A stretch of 63,019 nt of DNA. Source: Bacillota bacterium (GTDB lineage Bacteria; Bacillota; Dethiobacteria; DTU022). Location of the stretch: contig JAAZIN010000098.1 of NCBI GenBank assembly GCA_012800855.1, positions 1 through 63,019 of the forward strand, given 5' to 3'. Position numbers and translations under genes: made by a program. The notes beneath the pieces are model-generated. The model saw only the letters and a list, made by a program, of their open reading frames with translations. It ran no database searches and was not told the origin of the DNA. Shown piece after piece: positions 1 through 9,421 of this stretch. The first letter of the stretch is position 1. Each line of letters opens with the position of its first letter.

Positions 1-28
1 AGTAAAAAAACAGCGGGGAGGTGCTTCA

Positions 29-832
29 GTGCTTAAGGCCAACCGCTGCGGTGAGATTACCCAGATCATGATGGGCCGGGAGCTGGACGGCGCGGTGCTT
101 TACTGGACCGCCGCCTACCTCGTGGACGGCCTGCTTATCGATACCGGCTGCGCCTATACCGCGGAGGAGCTGATCCGCTTTCTCGGGGAACATGAAGTGA
201 AGCAGGTGGTGAACACGCATCATCACGAAGATCATGTCGGCGCCAACGCTCTCATCCAGCGGGAACTGGGCCTTGACATATTTGCCCACCCGCTGGCCCT
301 TCCGCTGGTTGACAGGCGCCTGCCGCTGCGCGAATACCAGGAGACGGTCTGGGGGTATCCGGAACCGGCTGCGGTGCGGCCCCTGCCGGAGGCTATTGAT
401 ACGAACCGCTATCATTTTGAAGTAATCGAAACGCCGGGCCACTCCGCCGACCATGTGGCCCTCTTTGAACCGGTTGAGGGCTGGTGTTTTACCGGGGACC
501 TCTTTGTCTCGGAGAATCTGAAAATGCTGCGCGCCGACGAGGATATCGGCGGCATTATCAACTCCTTGGAGAAGCTGCTGGAGCTGCCGGGAGACGAACT
601 GACTCTTTATACTGCCATCGGGCGGATCTTCCCTGAAGGCAAGAAAGCAATTAGCACTTTCTTAGGCTACCTGAGCGGGCTGCGCGATGAAGTGGCCCGG
701 CTGGCCGGACAGTCCCTCAGCGCGCCCGAGATCCGCGACCGCATCTTCGCGCGGGAGACTCAGCTGGCGGCGCTGACGGGGGGCCATTTCTCCGTGCTCA
801 ACCTGGTTGAGCAGCTCATGCCCGGAAAATAG
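29..832 (+). CDS. MBL-fold metallo-hydrolase
   Basis: 267-aa ORF with an HHHEDH (HxHxDH) metal-binding motif and a downstream TPGHSADH. GGGGAGG Shine-Dalgarno lies just upstream of the start. Confidence 0.85.
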   Translation: MLKANRCGEITQIMMGRELDGAVLYWTAAYLVDGLLIDTGCAYTAEELIRFLGEHEVKQVVNTHHHEDHVGANALIQRELGLDIFAHPLALPLVDRRLPLREYQETVWGYPEPAAVRPLPEAIDTNRYHFEVIETPGHSADHVALFEPVEGWCFTGDLFVSENLKMLRADEDIGGIINSLEKLLELPGDELTLYTAIGRIFPEGKKAISTFLGYLSGLRDEVARLAGQSLSAPEIRDRIFARETQLAALTGGHFSVLNLVEQLMPGK

Positions 833-944
833 AACCAGGCTGGATGGCTGTCCTTCCCGGGGTGGGTACCTTCCAAGAAGCCGTCGAAAAGTGTAGGAGC
901 CGGGCATGCCCATACAGGCAATCAGATGCTGGGCGATAGGGCAT

Positions 945-980
945 CGTAAAAACGTAGGGGCGGGCTTCCACGCCCGCCCG
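945..980 (-). terminator. GC hairpin terminator downstream of the CotF-like gene
   Basis: GGGCGGGC-ttccac-GCCCGCCC stem-loop at 958-979. On the minus strand it is followed by tacgTTTTTa. Confidence 0.45.
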
Positions 981-998
981 ACTTGGACTCAAAAAAGC

Positions 999-1472
999 TC
1001 ACTTGGGCTGGTAGTAGCCCTTGCTTTGCATGTAGTTGAAGATCCCCTCGCCGTGCTGCTGCTCCTCCTTTTGGATATGGTTGAGCACCTGCCGCACCTG
1101 GGCGTTGGTCATCTCGAAGATGGCGGTGTCGTAGGTTGCCGAGACATACTTCTCGGTGGAAAGCATATCCTGGCAGAGAGCGGCGTCATTTTGCGCCTCC
1201 GCCGTGAGCGGCTGATTGATCGCTCCCGGGCTCGGCTGAGCCTGTGCCTGGCCCTGCTGCTGCCCGCCTCCCATGGCCGGCGCCTGCCCGGACAGGATCT
1301 GGTTGATCGAGTTCAGGTGCTGCTGCTCATGACCGGCGTAGGTGGAGAAGAGCTGCTTTAGTTCGGGGTCCCGGGCCTGCTGCGCATAGGAGCTGTACTT
1401 GAGGATGCAGAGCTCCTCGTGAGCCTTCTGGTCCTCCAGGAGAAGCCGCTCTTTTTGGGTTAGCTGGATCAT
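999..1472 (-). CDS. spore coat protein, CotF-like (Coat_F domain)
   Basis: 157-aa ORF with two helical halves (LLEDQKAHEELCILKY, then DMLSTEKYVSATYDTAIFE...HIQKEEQQH) separated by a Gln/Gly/Ala-rich linker, typical of the Coat F family. AGGAGGTG RBS lies 6 nt before the ATG. Confidence 0.75.
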   Translation of the reverse strand: MIQLTQKERLLLEDQKAHEELCILKYSSYAQQARDPELKQLFSTYAGHEQQHLNSINQILSGQAPAMGGGQQQGQAQAQPSPGAINQPLTAEAQNDAALCQDMLSTEKYVSATYDTAIFEMTNAQVRQVLNHIQKEEQQHGEGIFNYMQSKGYYQPK

Positions 1473-1590
1473 GCTTGATCACCTCCTCGCTTATAGGCTT
1501 CTGCTTGCCGCTCATTTTTATACTTCCGGAAGAACAAAGGGGCGAGCCGCAGAATTAAAAGGTAATTTTATCTGCCGGGAGGTGCTGCTC

Positions 1591-1779
1591 ATGGCGAGAA
1601 TATATGGAGAGAGAATCATGCTGCGGGAATAACGGAAAGAAGATTTTCCAGTAATCCGCAAATGGGTAAACGATCCGGAGGTCTCCCCATTTCTTTCCGA
1701 TATTTTTCTTTTTCCCCATACGACCGCAGATACTGAAAGATTCCTCAATACTAATCTGAAAATAAACTATATTACGTAA
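1591..1779 (+). pseudogene. GNAT (RimJ/RimL-like) N-acetyltransferase remnant: N-terminal ~60 codons with an in-frame TAA
   Basis: My own translation from ATG 1591 (GGGAGGTG RBS upstream) gives MARIYGERIMLRE*RKEDFPVIRKWVNDPEVSPFLSDIFLFPHTTADTERFLNTNLKINYIT*. It has the N-terminal GNAT signature (LRExxxEDxxxxxxWxNDPEV) but a stop at codon 14 and no acetyl-CoA-binding core. Local GC is lower than the surroundings. Confidence 0.55.
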
Positions 1780-1791
1780 ATAGTCATTTTT

Positions 1792-1809
1792 GTGACGCAT
1801 TTACGTCAC
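1792..1809. promoter_or_regulatory. perfect inverted repeat GTGACG-N6-CGTCAC (candidate enhancer/UAS); related palindrome TTACGTAA at 1772-1779
   Basis: 6+6 bp perfect palindrome about 150 bp upstream of the sigma-54 promoter, which is the usual distance for bacterial enhancer-binding-protein sites. Confidence 0.3.
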
Positions 1810-1944
1810 TTCTGCTACCTGTTTAGGCAAACAAGCCTCCGGCCTGCTCTACACTGGCCCCTTGTGTTTTCTGGAACTCCCCTAAAAATAGCCTTCTGGC
1901 AAAGGTTGGGGGAGTTTTTTTGTTTTCCGCCTTCCAGGAAATCT

Positions 1945-1960
1945 TGGCACGGGCTTTGCA
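1945..1960 (+). promoter_or_regulatory. sigma-54 (RpoN) -24/-12 promoter
   Basis: TGGCACgggctTTGCA matches the consensus TGGCAC-N5-TTGCA exactly. GG and GC are 12 nt apart, and the element sits ~55 nt upstream of the FNT1 start. Confidence 0.7.
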
Positions 1961-2013
1961 CTTTCAAGGGGGCAAAAGAGAGAGAAATACATGGTGAAGG
2001 AGGTTTGTCAGAC

Positions 2014-3102
2014 GTGTCCAAGAGGTGCGAATTCTGGAAGGATTACGATTCCGTAGGAGGTCCCGTTTCGTACTGCGAGCTGGCCGCTTTCAACCGTCCC
2101 GTCAACCCCGATTTCCTCCTTAAGATCGGCTGCACCCCGGAGAAGAGAAAAGAATGCCTGGGGACCATGGAGCTGAACATCGGGGCGGGGGCGGTTCCGG
2201 GAGCGGCGCCGCTGCCGGCGGGCGAGCAGGTTACGCCGGTGGGTTCCTTCTGTCCGCCTCCCGAGATTGCCAAAACCATGGTGGGCGTGGCCGAGAAGAA
2301 GGTAACGACGAAAATGAGCTCCCTGGTTCCGCTGGCTATCCTGGCCGGGGCCTACATCGCCCTGGGAGCGATTATGTTCACCATCATCACCAATGACCTC
2401 GCCGGCTACATTGGGGATGGCCTCACCCGCATGATCGGGGGGATTTCCTTCTCCCTCGGCCTGATCCTGGTTATCCTCGGCGGGGCGGAGCTCTTTACCG
2501 GCAACAACCTCATCATGACCGGCTTCCTGGAGAAGAAGGTCACCGGCAAGCAGCTTTTAAGCAACTGGTTCTGGGTTTACCTCTTCAACTTTGTCGGCTC
2601 CCTGCTCGTGGTCCTGCTCTTCTACTACTCCGGCATCTGGAAGGCCAATGCCGGCGCCATCGGCACTCGGGCGGTAGCCATTGCCGCTTCCAAGGCGTCG
2701 CTGCCCTGGGTGGAAGCGCTCTTCAGGGGAATCTTGTGCAACTGGCTGGTCTGCCTGGCGGTCTGGCTGGCCAATGCCGCACGCGACGTCATCGGCAAAA
2801 TTGTCGGGATCATGATCCCCATTGCCGCTTTTGTTGCTGCCGGCTTCGAGCACAGCATCGCCAACATGTACTTTATCCCCATGGGCCTGGCCCTGAAAAA
2901 TCAACCCGTGCTGCAGTCTGCCTTGCAGGCGATTAGTAATATTGATGGCCTGACCCTGGGAGGGTTTTTCCTGAATAACCTCATTCCCGTGACCATCGGC
3001 AACATTATCGGCGGGGCCGGCTTTGTGGCTGCCACGTACTGGGGAGCTTACCTGCGCCCCATGCTTTCGAAAAAGGACTTTGCCGCCAACGGCAAGGCCT
3101 AG
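2014..3102 (+). CDS. formate/nitrite transporter (FNT) family channel with an N-terminal Cys4 extension, paralog 1
   Basis: FNT core motifs are present: LAILAGAYIALGA, GAELFTGNN, FEHSIANMYF. The start is set at GTG 2014 (GAAGGAGG RBS 10 nt upstream) by alignment with the N-terminus of paralog 2. The 1792-2013 part of the track ORF is non-coding leader. Confidence 0.9.
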   Translation: MSKRCEFWKDYDSVGGPVSYCELAAFNRPVNPDFLLKIGCTPEKRKECLGTMELNIGAGAVPGAAPLPAGEQVTPVGSFCPPPEIAKTMVGVAEKKVTTKMSSLVPLAILAGAYIALGAIMFTIITNDLAGYIGDGLTRMIGGISFSLGLILVILGGAELFTGNNLIMTGFLEKKVTGKQLLSNWFWVYLFNFVGSLLVVLLFYYSGIWKANAGAIGTRAVAIAASKASLPWVEALFRGILCNWLVCLAVWLANAARDVIGKIVGIMIPIAAFVAAGFEHSIANMYFIPMGLALKNQPVLQSALQAISNIDGLTLGGFFLNNLIPVTIGNIIGGAGFVAATYWGAYLRPMLSKKDFAANGKA

Positions 3103-3166
3103 CTGTTTAACAAAATGGCTTGCTACCGCGGGGGGGAAGTGATCAGGAAGGGAGTGACATAAGAAG

Positions 3167-3418
3167 ATGGAAAAACTGGTCCAATGCCTGCACTGGAAAG
3201 AATACCAGGGCTTAAACGGATGGGTTATGTTTTGCAGCGCCGGCGCCTTTGCGAAGCGGTTGACCAGGGAAGAGGCCGAACGTTGCGGCTGCACCGACGC
3301 CCAGAGAGCTACCTGCAAGAGAATCATGGAGAGCAACCTGGGCTACGGGCTGGTCCCGGATATCCTAGAAGGGGAAAAGGTAGCCTTGCGCGAGAAGAAA
3401 GCCGTATCCGAGATGTAG
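3167..3418 (+). CDS. small Cys-rich protein, free-standing copy of the FNT N-terminal Cys4 module
   Basis: 83-aa ORF with an AAGGGAG RBS. It has the same C-X15-C-X18-C-X7-C spacing and shares flanking residues with the N-termini of both FNT paralogs. Confidence 0.65.
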   Translation: MEKLVQCLHWKEYQGLNGWVMFCSAGAFAKRLTREEAERCGCTDAQRATCKRIMESNLGYGLVPDILEGEKVALREKKAVSEM

Positions 3419-3445
3419 CCCTATCCTGTCTTCTCAAAAGGGGAT

Positions 3446-3483
3446 GAGGCTCCGCGTTGCCCGCGGGGCCTCTTTTTCTTTTT
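3446..3483 (+). terminator. Rho-independent terminator
   Basis: GAGGCTCCGCG-ttgcc-CGCGGGGCCTC stem followed by TTTTTCTTTTT. Confidence 0.8.
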
Positions 3484-3681
3484 AAGCGCTTGTGAAAAAA
3501 GGAATTTACGACCTTTTCAGCGAATAACTAAACAATGTTGAGCGGTTTTCACGCTTGCCTGCACGAAGCGACAACGGTGAAAAGGAGATGAGGATACCGG
3601 GGAGCCAGCGCAAAGATTTCGGAGACTGAGCAAAAGACAGAGAACACACAGCAAAAGATACCGCAAAAAGGAGGTCTAGGC

Positions 3682-4743
3682 ATGGCTGACAAGTGCCAGT
3701 TTTTAAAGACGTACAGCACGGGCAACGGTTCTGTGGTCTACTGTGAATTGGCTGCGTTCAACCAGCCGGTAAGTTCCGATTTTCTAACTAAAATCGGCTG
3801 CACCGCGGAGATGAGAAAGGAGTGCCCCGGGGGCACGGAGCTGGATGCGAGGTTAAGTGCGGCCAATCCCCCGGTTACACCGATTATTTCCTGCACCCCT
3901 CCCCCGGATCTGGCCAAGACCATGGTCGGCGTGGCTGAAAAGAAAGCCAACACGGGCATGCCCTCGCTCATGTGGCTGGCCATCCTCGCCGGAGCCTACA
4001 TCGCCCTCGGTGCGATCATGTTTACCATTATCACCAATGACCTGGCCACATTTATCGGCGACGGCCTCACCCGGCTCATCGGAGGGATTTCCTTCTCCAT
4101 TGGCCTGATCCTGGTTATCCTGGCCGGGGCGGAGCTCTTCACCGGCAACAACCTCATTTTCACCGGTTACCTGGAGAAGAAAGTGACGGGCAAGCAGGTT
4201 TTGAGCAACTGGTTCTGGGTCTACCTCTTCAATTTTGTCGGTTCCCTCATCGTGGTCTTCCTGTTCTACTACTCCGGCATCTGGAAGGCCAACGGCGGCG
4301 CCATCGGCGTGCGGGCGGTGAGCATTGCCGCATCAAAAGCCAGCCTCCCCTGGGTAGAGGCACTCTTCCGCGGCATTTTCTGTAACTGGCTGGTTTGCCT
4401 GGCGGTATGGCTCTCCAATGCCAGCCGCGATGTCATCAGCAAGATCCTGTCAATCATGATTCCCATCGCCGCTTTTGTTGCCGCCGGCTTCGAGCACAGC
4501 ATCGCCAACATGTACTTCATTCCCATGGGCCTGGCCCTGAAAAATCATCCTGCCCTGGCGGGGCTGCTTAATCCTGCGGCCATTGAAGGGCTGACTCTGA
4601 GAGGATTCTTCCTGAACAACCTCATCCCGGTAACCATCGGCAACCTCATCGGCGGCGTGCTCTTCGTGGCGACTGTTTACTGGACCGTCTACCTGAGGCC
4701 TGCCTCTGCCGTCAAGAAGGCTGCCGCCAAGAGCGGGGCATAA
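3682..4743 (+). CDS. formate/nitrite transporter (FNT) family channel with an N-terminal Cys4 extension, paralog 2
   Basis: 353-aa ORF with an AAAGGAGG RBS. It carries the same FNT motifs as paralog 1 and is very similar to it over the whole core, at both protein and DNA level. Confidence 0.9.
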   Translation: MADKCQFLKTYSTGNGSVVYCELAAFNQPVSSDFLTKIGCTAEMRKECPGGTELDARLSAANPPVTPIISCTPPPDLAKTMVGVAEKKANTGMPSLMWLAILAGAYIALGAIMFTIITNDLATFIGDGLTRLIGGISFSIGLILVILAGAELFTGNNLIFTGYLEKKVTGKQVLSNWFWVYLFNFVGSLIVVFLFYYSGIWKANGGAIGVRAVSIAASKASLPWVEALFRGIFCNWLVCLAVWLSNASRDVISKILSIMIPIAAFVAAGFEHSIANMYFIPMGLALKNHPALAGLLNPAAIEGLTLRGFFLNNLIPVTIGNLIGGVLFVATVYWTVYLRPASAVKKAAAKSGA

Positions 4744-4775
4744 CAAGCAGTCTCCGGAATGTTCTTTCCATATAA

Positions 4776-4805
4776 CCCCGGCCCTGGGCCGGGGTTTTCT
4801 TTTTG
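4776..4805 (+). terminator. Rho-independent terminator
   Basis: CCCCGGCC-ctg-GGCCGGGG stem followed by TTTTCTTTTT. Confidence 0.8.
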
Positions 4806-4908
4806 CCTAAAAGGGGGCGAAATAGGGTTTTTAGCCATCTTTGTAGAAACATTAAAACAGTATAGATTAGAATTGAGATTGGTTCTATTGTGAAGGAATG
4901 AAATAGTA

Positions 4909-6057
4909 GTGTATATCAGCAAATTTATGGCCCCGGAAATAATTTTCGGCAAGGGTTCGCTGAACCAGGTGGGCGATTGCTGCAGCCGCCTGGGCTCTTC
5001 GCGGGTCTTCCTTGTTGCCGACAAAGGGGTCATCCGGCACGGGTGGGTTGAAAAAGCGCTGCCCTTCCTGGAGGAGGCGGGGCTGGATTACGAGATCTGG
5101 TCCGGGTTCTCCTCCAACCCGCGCGACTACGAAGTGGAGGAGGGCGCGCGGATCTACGGTGATTGCGGCTGCGACGCGGTGCTGGCTATCGGCGGCGGCA
5201 GCGCCATAGATGCGGCCAAGGCGGTGGCGACTCTCTCCACGAATGAGGGGAGAATCCAAGATTACGAGGGAATCGACCTGATTAAAAACCCGCTGCCGCC
5301 GCTGATCGTGGTCCCCTCCACCGCCGGTTCGGGCTCCGAGGTCTCCCAGTTTTCCATAATCGCCGACAGCGAGCGCAAGATCAAGATGACCATCATCTCC
5401 AAGTCGCTGGTGCCCGACATCTCCATCACCGACCCGCTCATCCTTTCCACCATAGACAGCCGGGTTACCGCCCAGACGGGCATGGAGGCGCTGAGCCACG
5501 CCATCGAAGCCTACCTCTCCCTGGCGGCGACGGATATGACCGATCTCCATGCGCTGCATGCCATCGAGCTCATCTCGCGCCACCTGCGCGCCTCCGTGGC
5601 CAGCCAGGTGAACGAGGAGGCCAAGGTGGCCATGGGCCAGGCGAGCCTGCATGCCGGCATTGCCTTCTCCAATGCCGCCCTGGGGCTGGCCCACGCCATG
5701 ACCCACCAGGTGGGGGGGCTGCTCGATCTGCCCATTGGCATGATCAGCGCCGTCATCCTGCCGCATGTGATGCGCTTCAACATGCTTGCCTCCATCGACA
5801 AGTATGTGCGCATTGCCGCGTCCATGGGGGCGCAGGTGGAGCAGATGCCGCCTCGCGAAGCGGCGGAGAAGGCCATAGAGATGGTCCGGGAGCTGGCCCA
5901 GGACCTAGGCATCCCCTCGGGCCTGGCCGAACTGGGGCTGCCCGAAGAGGTGCTGCCCCAGTTAAGCGAAAATGCAATCAAGGATGCCTGCTTCATCACC
6001 AACCCGCGCGATGCTGAAGTCTCCGACATTATCGAAATTTTCCGCTCGGCACTTTAA
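4909..6057 (+). CDS. iron-containing (group III) alcohol dehydrogenase
   Basis: 382-aa ORF with Fe-ADH hallmarks: GGGSAIDAAK, the TTAGTGSE-like STAGSGSEVS, and the His-rich metal site HAMTHQVGG...LPH. Confidence 0.9.
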   Translation: MYISKFMAPEIIFGKGSLNQVGDCCSRLGSSRVFLVADKGVIRHGWVEKALPFLEEAGLDYEIWSGFSSNPRDYEVEEGARIYGDCGCDAVLAIGGGSAIDAAKAVATLSTNEGRIQDYEGIDLIKNPLPPLIVVPSTAGSGSEVSQFSIIADSERKIKMTIISKSLVPDISITDPLILSTIDSRVTAQTGMEALSHAIEAYLSLAATDMTDLHALHAIELISRHLRASVASQVNEEAKVAMGQASLHAGIAFSNAALGLAHAMTHQVGGLLDLPIGMISAVILPHVMRFNMLASIDKYVRIAASMGAQVEQMPPREAAEKAIEMVRELAQDLGIPSGLAELGLPEEVLPQLSENAIKDACFITNPRDAEVSDIIEIFRSAL

Positions 6058-6076
6058 GGGGTGTAGGTGGGCGGCA

Positions 6077-7786
6077 ATGGTTATTAAGAACAAAAAAGAG
6101 CTCATAGAGAAGCTCACGGGGATTCACAGCTCCAAAAAATCGTACTACGTGGAGCTGAAAAAGAAGATCTACGAGACCACCCGCCGGAACATCCAGCTGG
6201 AGATCATCAACCAGCTGGCCAAGGGGATTGGCATCGACATGTCCTTCCAGGAGATTATTGAGAGCGTAATCCCCAAGATGCAGGCGGTGGTTTCTTTTGA
6301 TACGCTCAGCCTTTACGTCATTGACAAGGGCACCCTGGTGAACCGCACCGTCTTTGTGCAGAACCACAAGGAGGGCGCTGCGGCCAGGGCTGCCGAGGGT
6401 GAAGAGGCGGAGGCGCAAAGAGCGGGGAAGGCTGCCGAGGCCTTCTGGCAGGTCCTCAGCGAGAAGAGAACGATCCTCGTTGATCAACTGGGGGCGGAGG
6501 CGGCGGACGCTTCCGACAGTGGACTTCCTTTCATGGTCCTCATCCCCCTGCTGGTTAAAGAGAAGGTTATCGGGGTGCTGGAGGTAATCTGCAAGGAGGG
6601 ATTTGACCGGAGCGACATTCTCTTCCTGGAGCAGGTTGCCGACCAGCTGGCGGTGGGCCTGGAGAATGCCCGCCTTTACAACGAGGTCTTGCAGCACAAG
6701 CGGGATTGGGAGATCACCTTTTCGGCGGTGACCGACCTGCTGGTGTTTATCAACTGCGACTACCGCATCCAGAGGGTGAACCAGGCGGTAATGGACTTCT
6801 TTACCATGCCCGAGGAGGACATCCTGGGCCAGAAGTGCTACCGCCTTTTTTACGGGCGGGAAACGAAGTGCAACCCCTGTCTGGCTGACCAGGTCTTCCG
6901 CACCCAGAAGACGGCGTACCTGCAGTCACGCACGCGCTTCAACCGGGTCCTGGACATCTTTGCCTACCCCGCGTACACGGAAGACAACAAGCCCTACGGC
7001 GTCACCTATTACGCCAAGGACGTGACCCGCTTTGTCGATTCCATCAAGTTTGTCTCCATGGGGGAGATGTCCGCGGGGGTGGCCCACGAGCTCAACAGCC
7101 CCCTCACGGCCATCGTGGGCAATTCGCAGCTGCTGCTGCGGGAAACCGATCCTTCAAGCCCCCACTACCAGCTGATCAAGGATATCAAGAACTGCGGCAT
7201 GCGCTGTCAGCGCATTATCCAGAACCTGCTCACTTTTTCCCGGCAGGAGGAGTACACTTTTGAAGAGGTGGACCTGAACAAGGTCGTGGAGAGCGCCCTG
7301 GGCCTGCTCGCCTACCAGATCGAGAAGAGCAATATCGAGCTGGTGCTGAAGCTGGCGCCGAAGCTGCCGCCGCTGCTGGGCAACGCGCAGGGCCTGGAGC
7401 AAATCATCATCAACCTGCTGCTCAACGCCAAGGACGCCATCGAGAGCAAGGCGCAGCTTGGGGGAATGGAGGAGAAGGGAAGGATCGTCATCGAAACCCG
7501 CGCCTCAGACAAGGTTGTAGCCGTGCATGTCAGGGACAACGGCTGCGGCATCGATGATGAAGATCTGCCCCACGTGTTCAATCCCTTTTTCACCACCAAG
7601 CGGGTTGGCCGGGGCACGGGGCTGGGCCTTTCGGTCAGCCTGGGCATTGCCCAGTCGCACGGGGGGGTCATCGACGTGGAGAGCGTCGCCGGGAAGGGGA
7701 GCACCTTCAGCCTCATCCTGCCCCTGGAGAAGGCCTACCAGAACAACAACCATAACAACCATAACCACGGGAGAGAGGGGGGTTGA
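6077..7786 (+). CDS. soluble GAF-PAS sensor histidine kinase
   Basis: H-box AHELNSPLTAI plus N, G1 and G2 boxes (NLLLNAKDA, DNGCGI, GTGLGLS). A GAF-like segment and a PAS-like segment lie upstream, and no TM helices are evident. The start is taken at ATG 6077, 20 nt after the adh stop. Confidence 0.85.
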   Translation: MVIKNKKELIEKLTGIHSSKKSYYVELKKKIYETTRRNIQLEIINQLAKGIGIDMSFQEIIESVIPKMQAVVSFDTLSLYVIDKGTLVNRTVFVQNHKEGAAARAAEGEEAEAQRAGKAAEAFWQVLSEKRTILVDQLGAEAADASDSGLPFMVLIPLLVKEKVIGVLEVICKEGFDRSDILFLEQVADQLAVGLENARLYNEVLQHKRDWEITFSAVTDLLVFINCDYRIQRVNQAVMDFFTMPEEDILGQKCYRLFYGRETKCNPCLADQVFRTQKTAYLQSRTRFNRVLDIFAYPAYTEDNKPYGVTYYAKDVTRFVDSIKFVSMGEMSAGVAHELNSPLTAIVGNSQLLLRETDPSSPHYQLIKDIKNCGMRCQRIIQNLLTFSRQEEYTFEEVDLNKVVESALGLLAYQIEKSNIELVLKLAPKLPPLLGNAQGLEQIIINLLLNAKDAIESKAQLGGMEEKGRIVIETRASDKVVAVHVRDNGCGIDDEDLPHVFNPFFTTKRVGRGTGLGLSVSLGIAQSHGGVIDVESVAGKGSTFSLILPLEKAYQNNNHNNHNHGREGG

Positions 7787-7790
7787 TCGG

Positions 7791-9290
<1,500 letters not shown>

Positions 9291-9421
9291 ACAATGGCCG
9301 CATAAAGGGGGGGCAGCGGGGCTCCGGGGTAGCGGGCGGGGCGGTGCCCCGATCCTATTACTTTTATGATACCCAATTGCCCATAGGGGCTGCCCCTTGG
9401 GGACAGCCCCGCGGGGCCGGG

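Noticed and set aside
1792-2013. 5' extensions of track ORFs: FNT1 from 1792, kinase from 5972, regulator from 7527, HlyD-like from 55896, murD from 39922, and ftsL from 33380.
   Set aside because: The extensions overlap upstream genes or non-coding leaders, lack an RBS and are not matched by the paralog or family N-termini. Internal starts with good Shine-Dalgarno sequences fit the conserved protein N-termini.
3484-4908. Additional sigma-54 promoters upstream of FNT2 and of the alcohol dehydrogenase.
   Set aside because: The nearest look-alikes (TTTCACgcttgCCTGCA near 3547, TGGTTCtattgTGAAG near 4880) lack the invariant GG or GC, or have the wrong spacing. Other TGGCAC occurrences (42608 and 51822) lie inside coding regions without a TTGC at -12.
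7741-7770. Short tandem-like DNA repeat aacaaccataacaaccataaccac at the kinase 3' end.
   Set aside because: It simply encodes the Asn/His-rich C-terminal tail of the kinase. It is too short and imperfect to call a repeat element.
9307-9341. G-quadruplex-type tract (G7-N4-G4-N4-G4-N4-G3-N1-G4) in the convergent spacer between the regulator and the ABC permease.
   Set aside because: Such runs are expected by chance in GC-rich intergenic DNA. It sits among ordinary GC hairpins that probably act as terminators, and there is no independent evidence of function.
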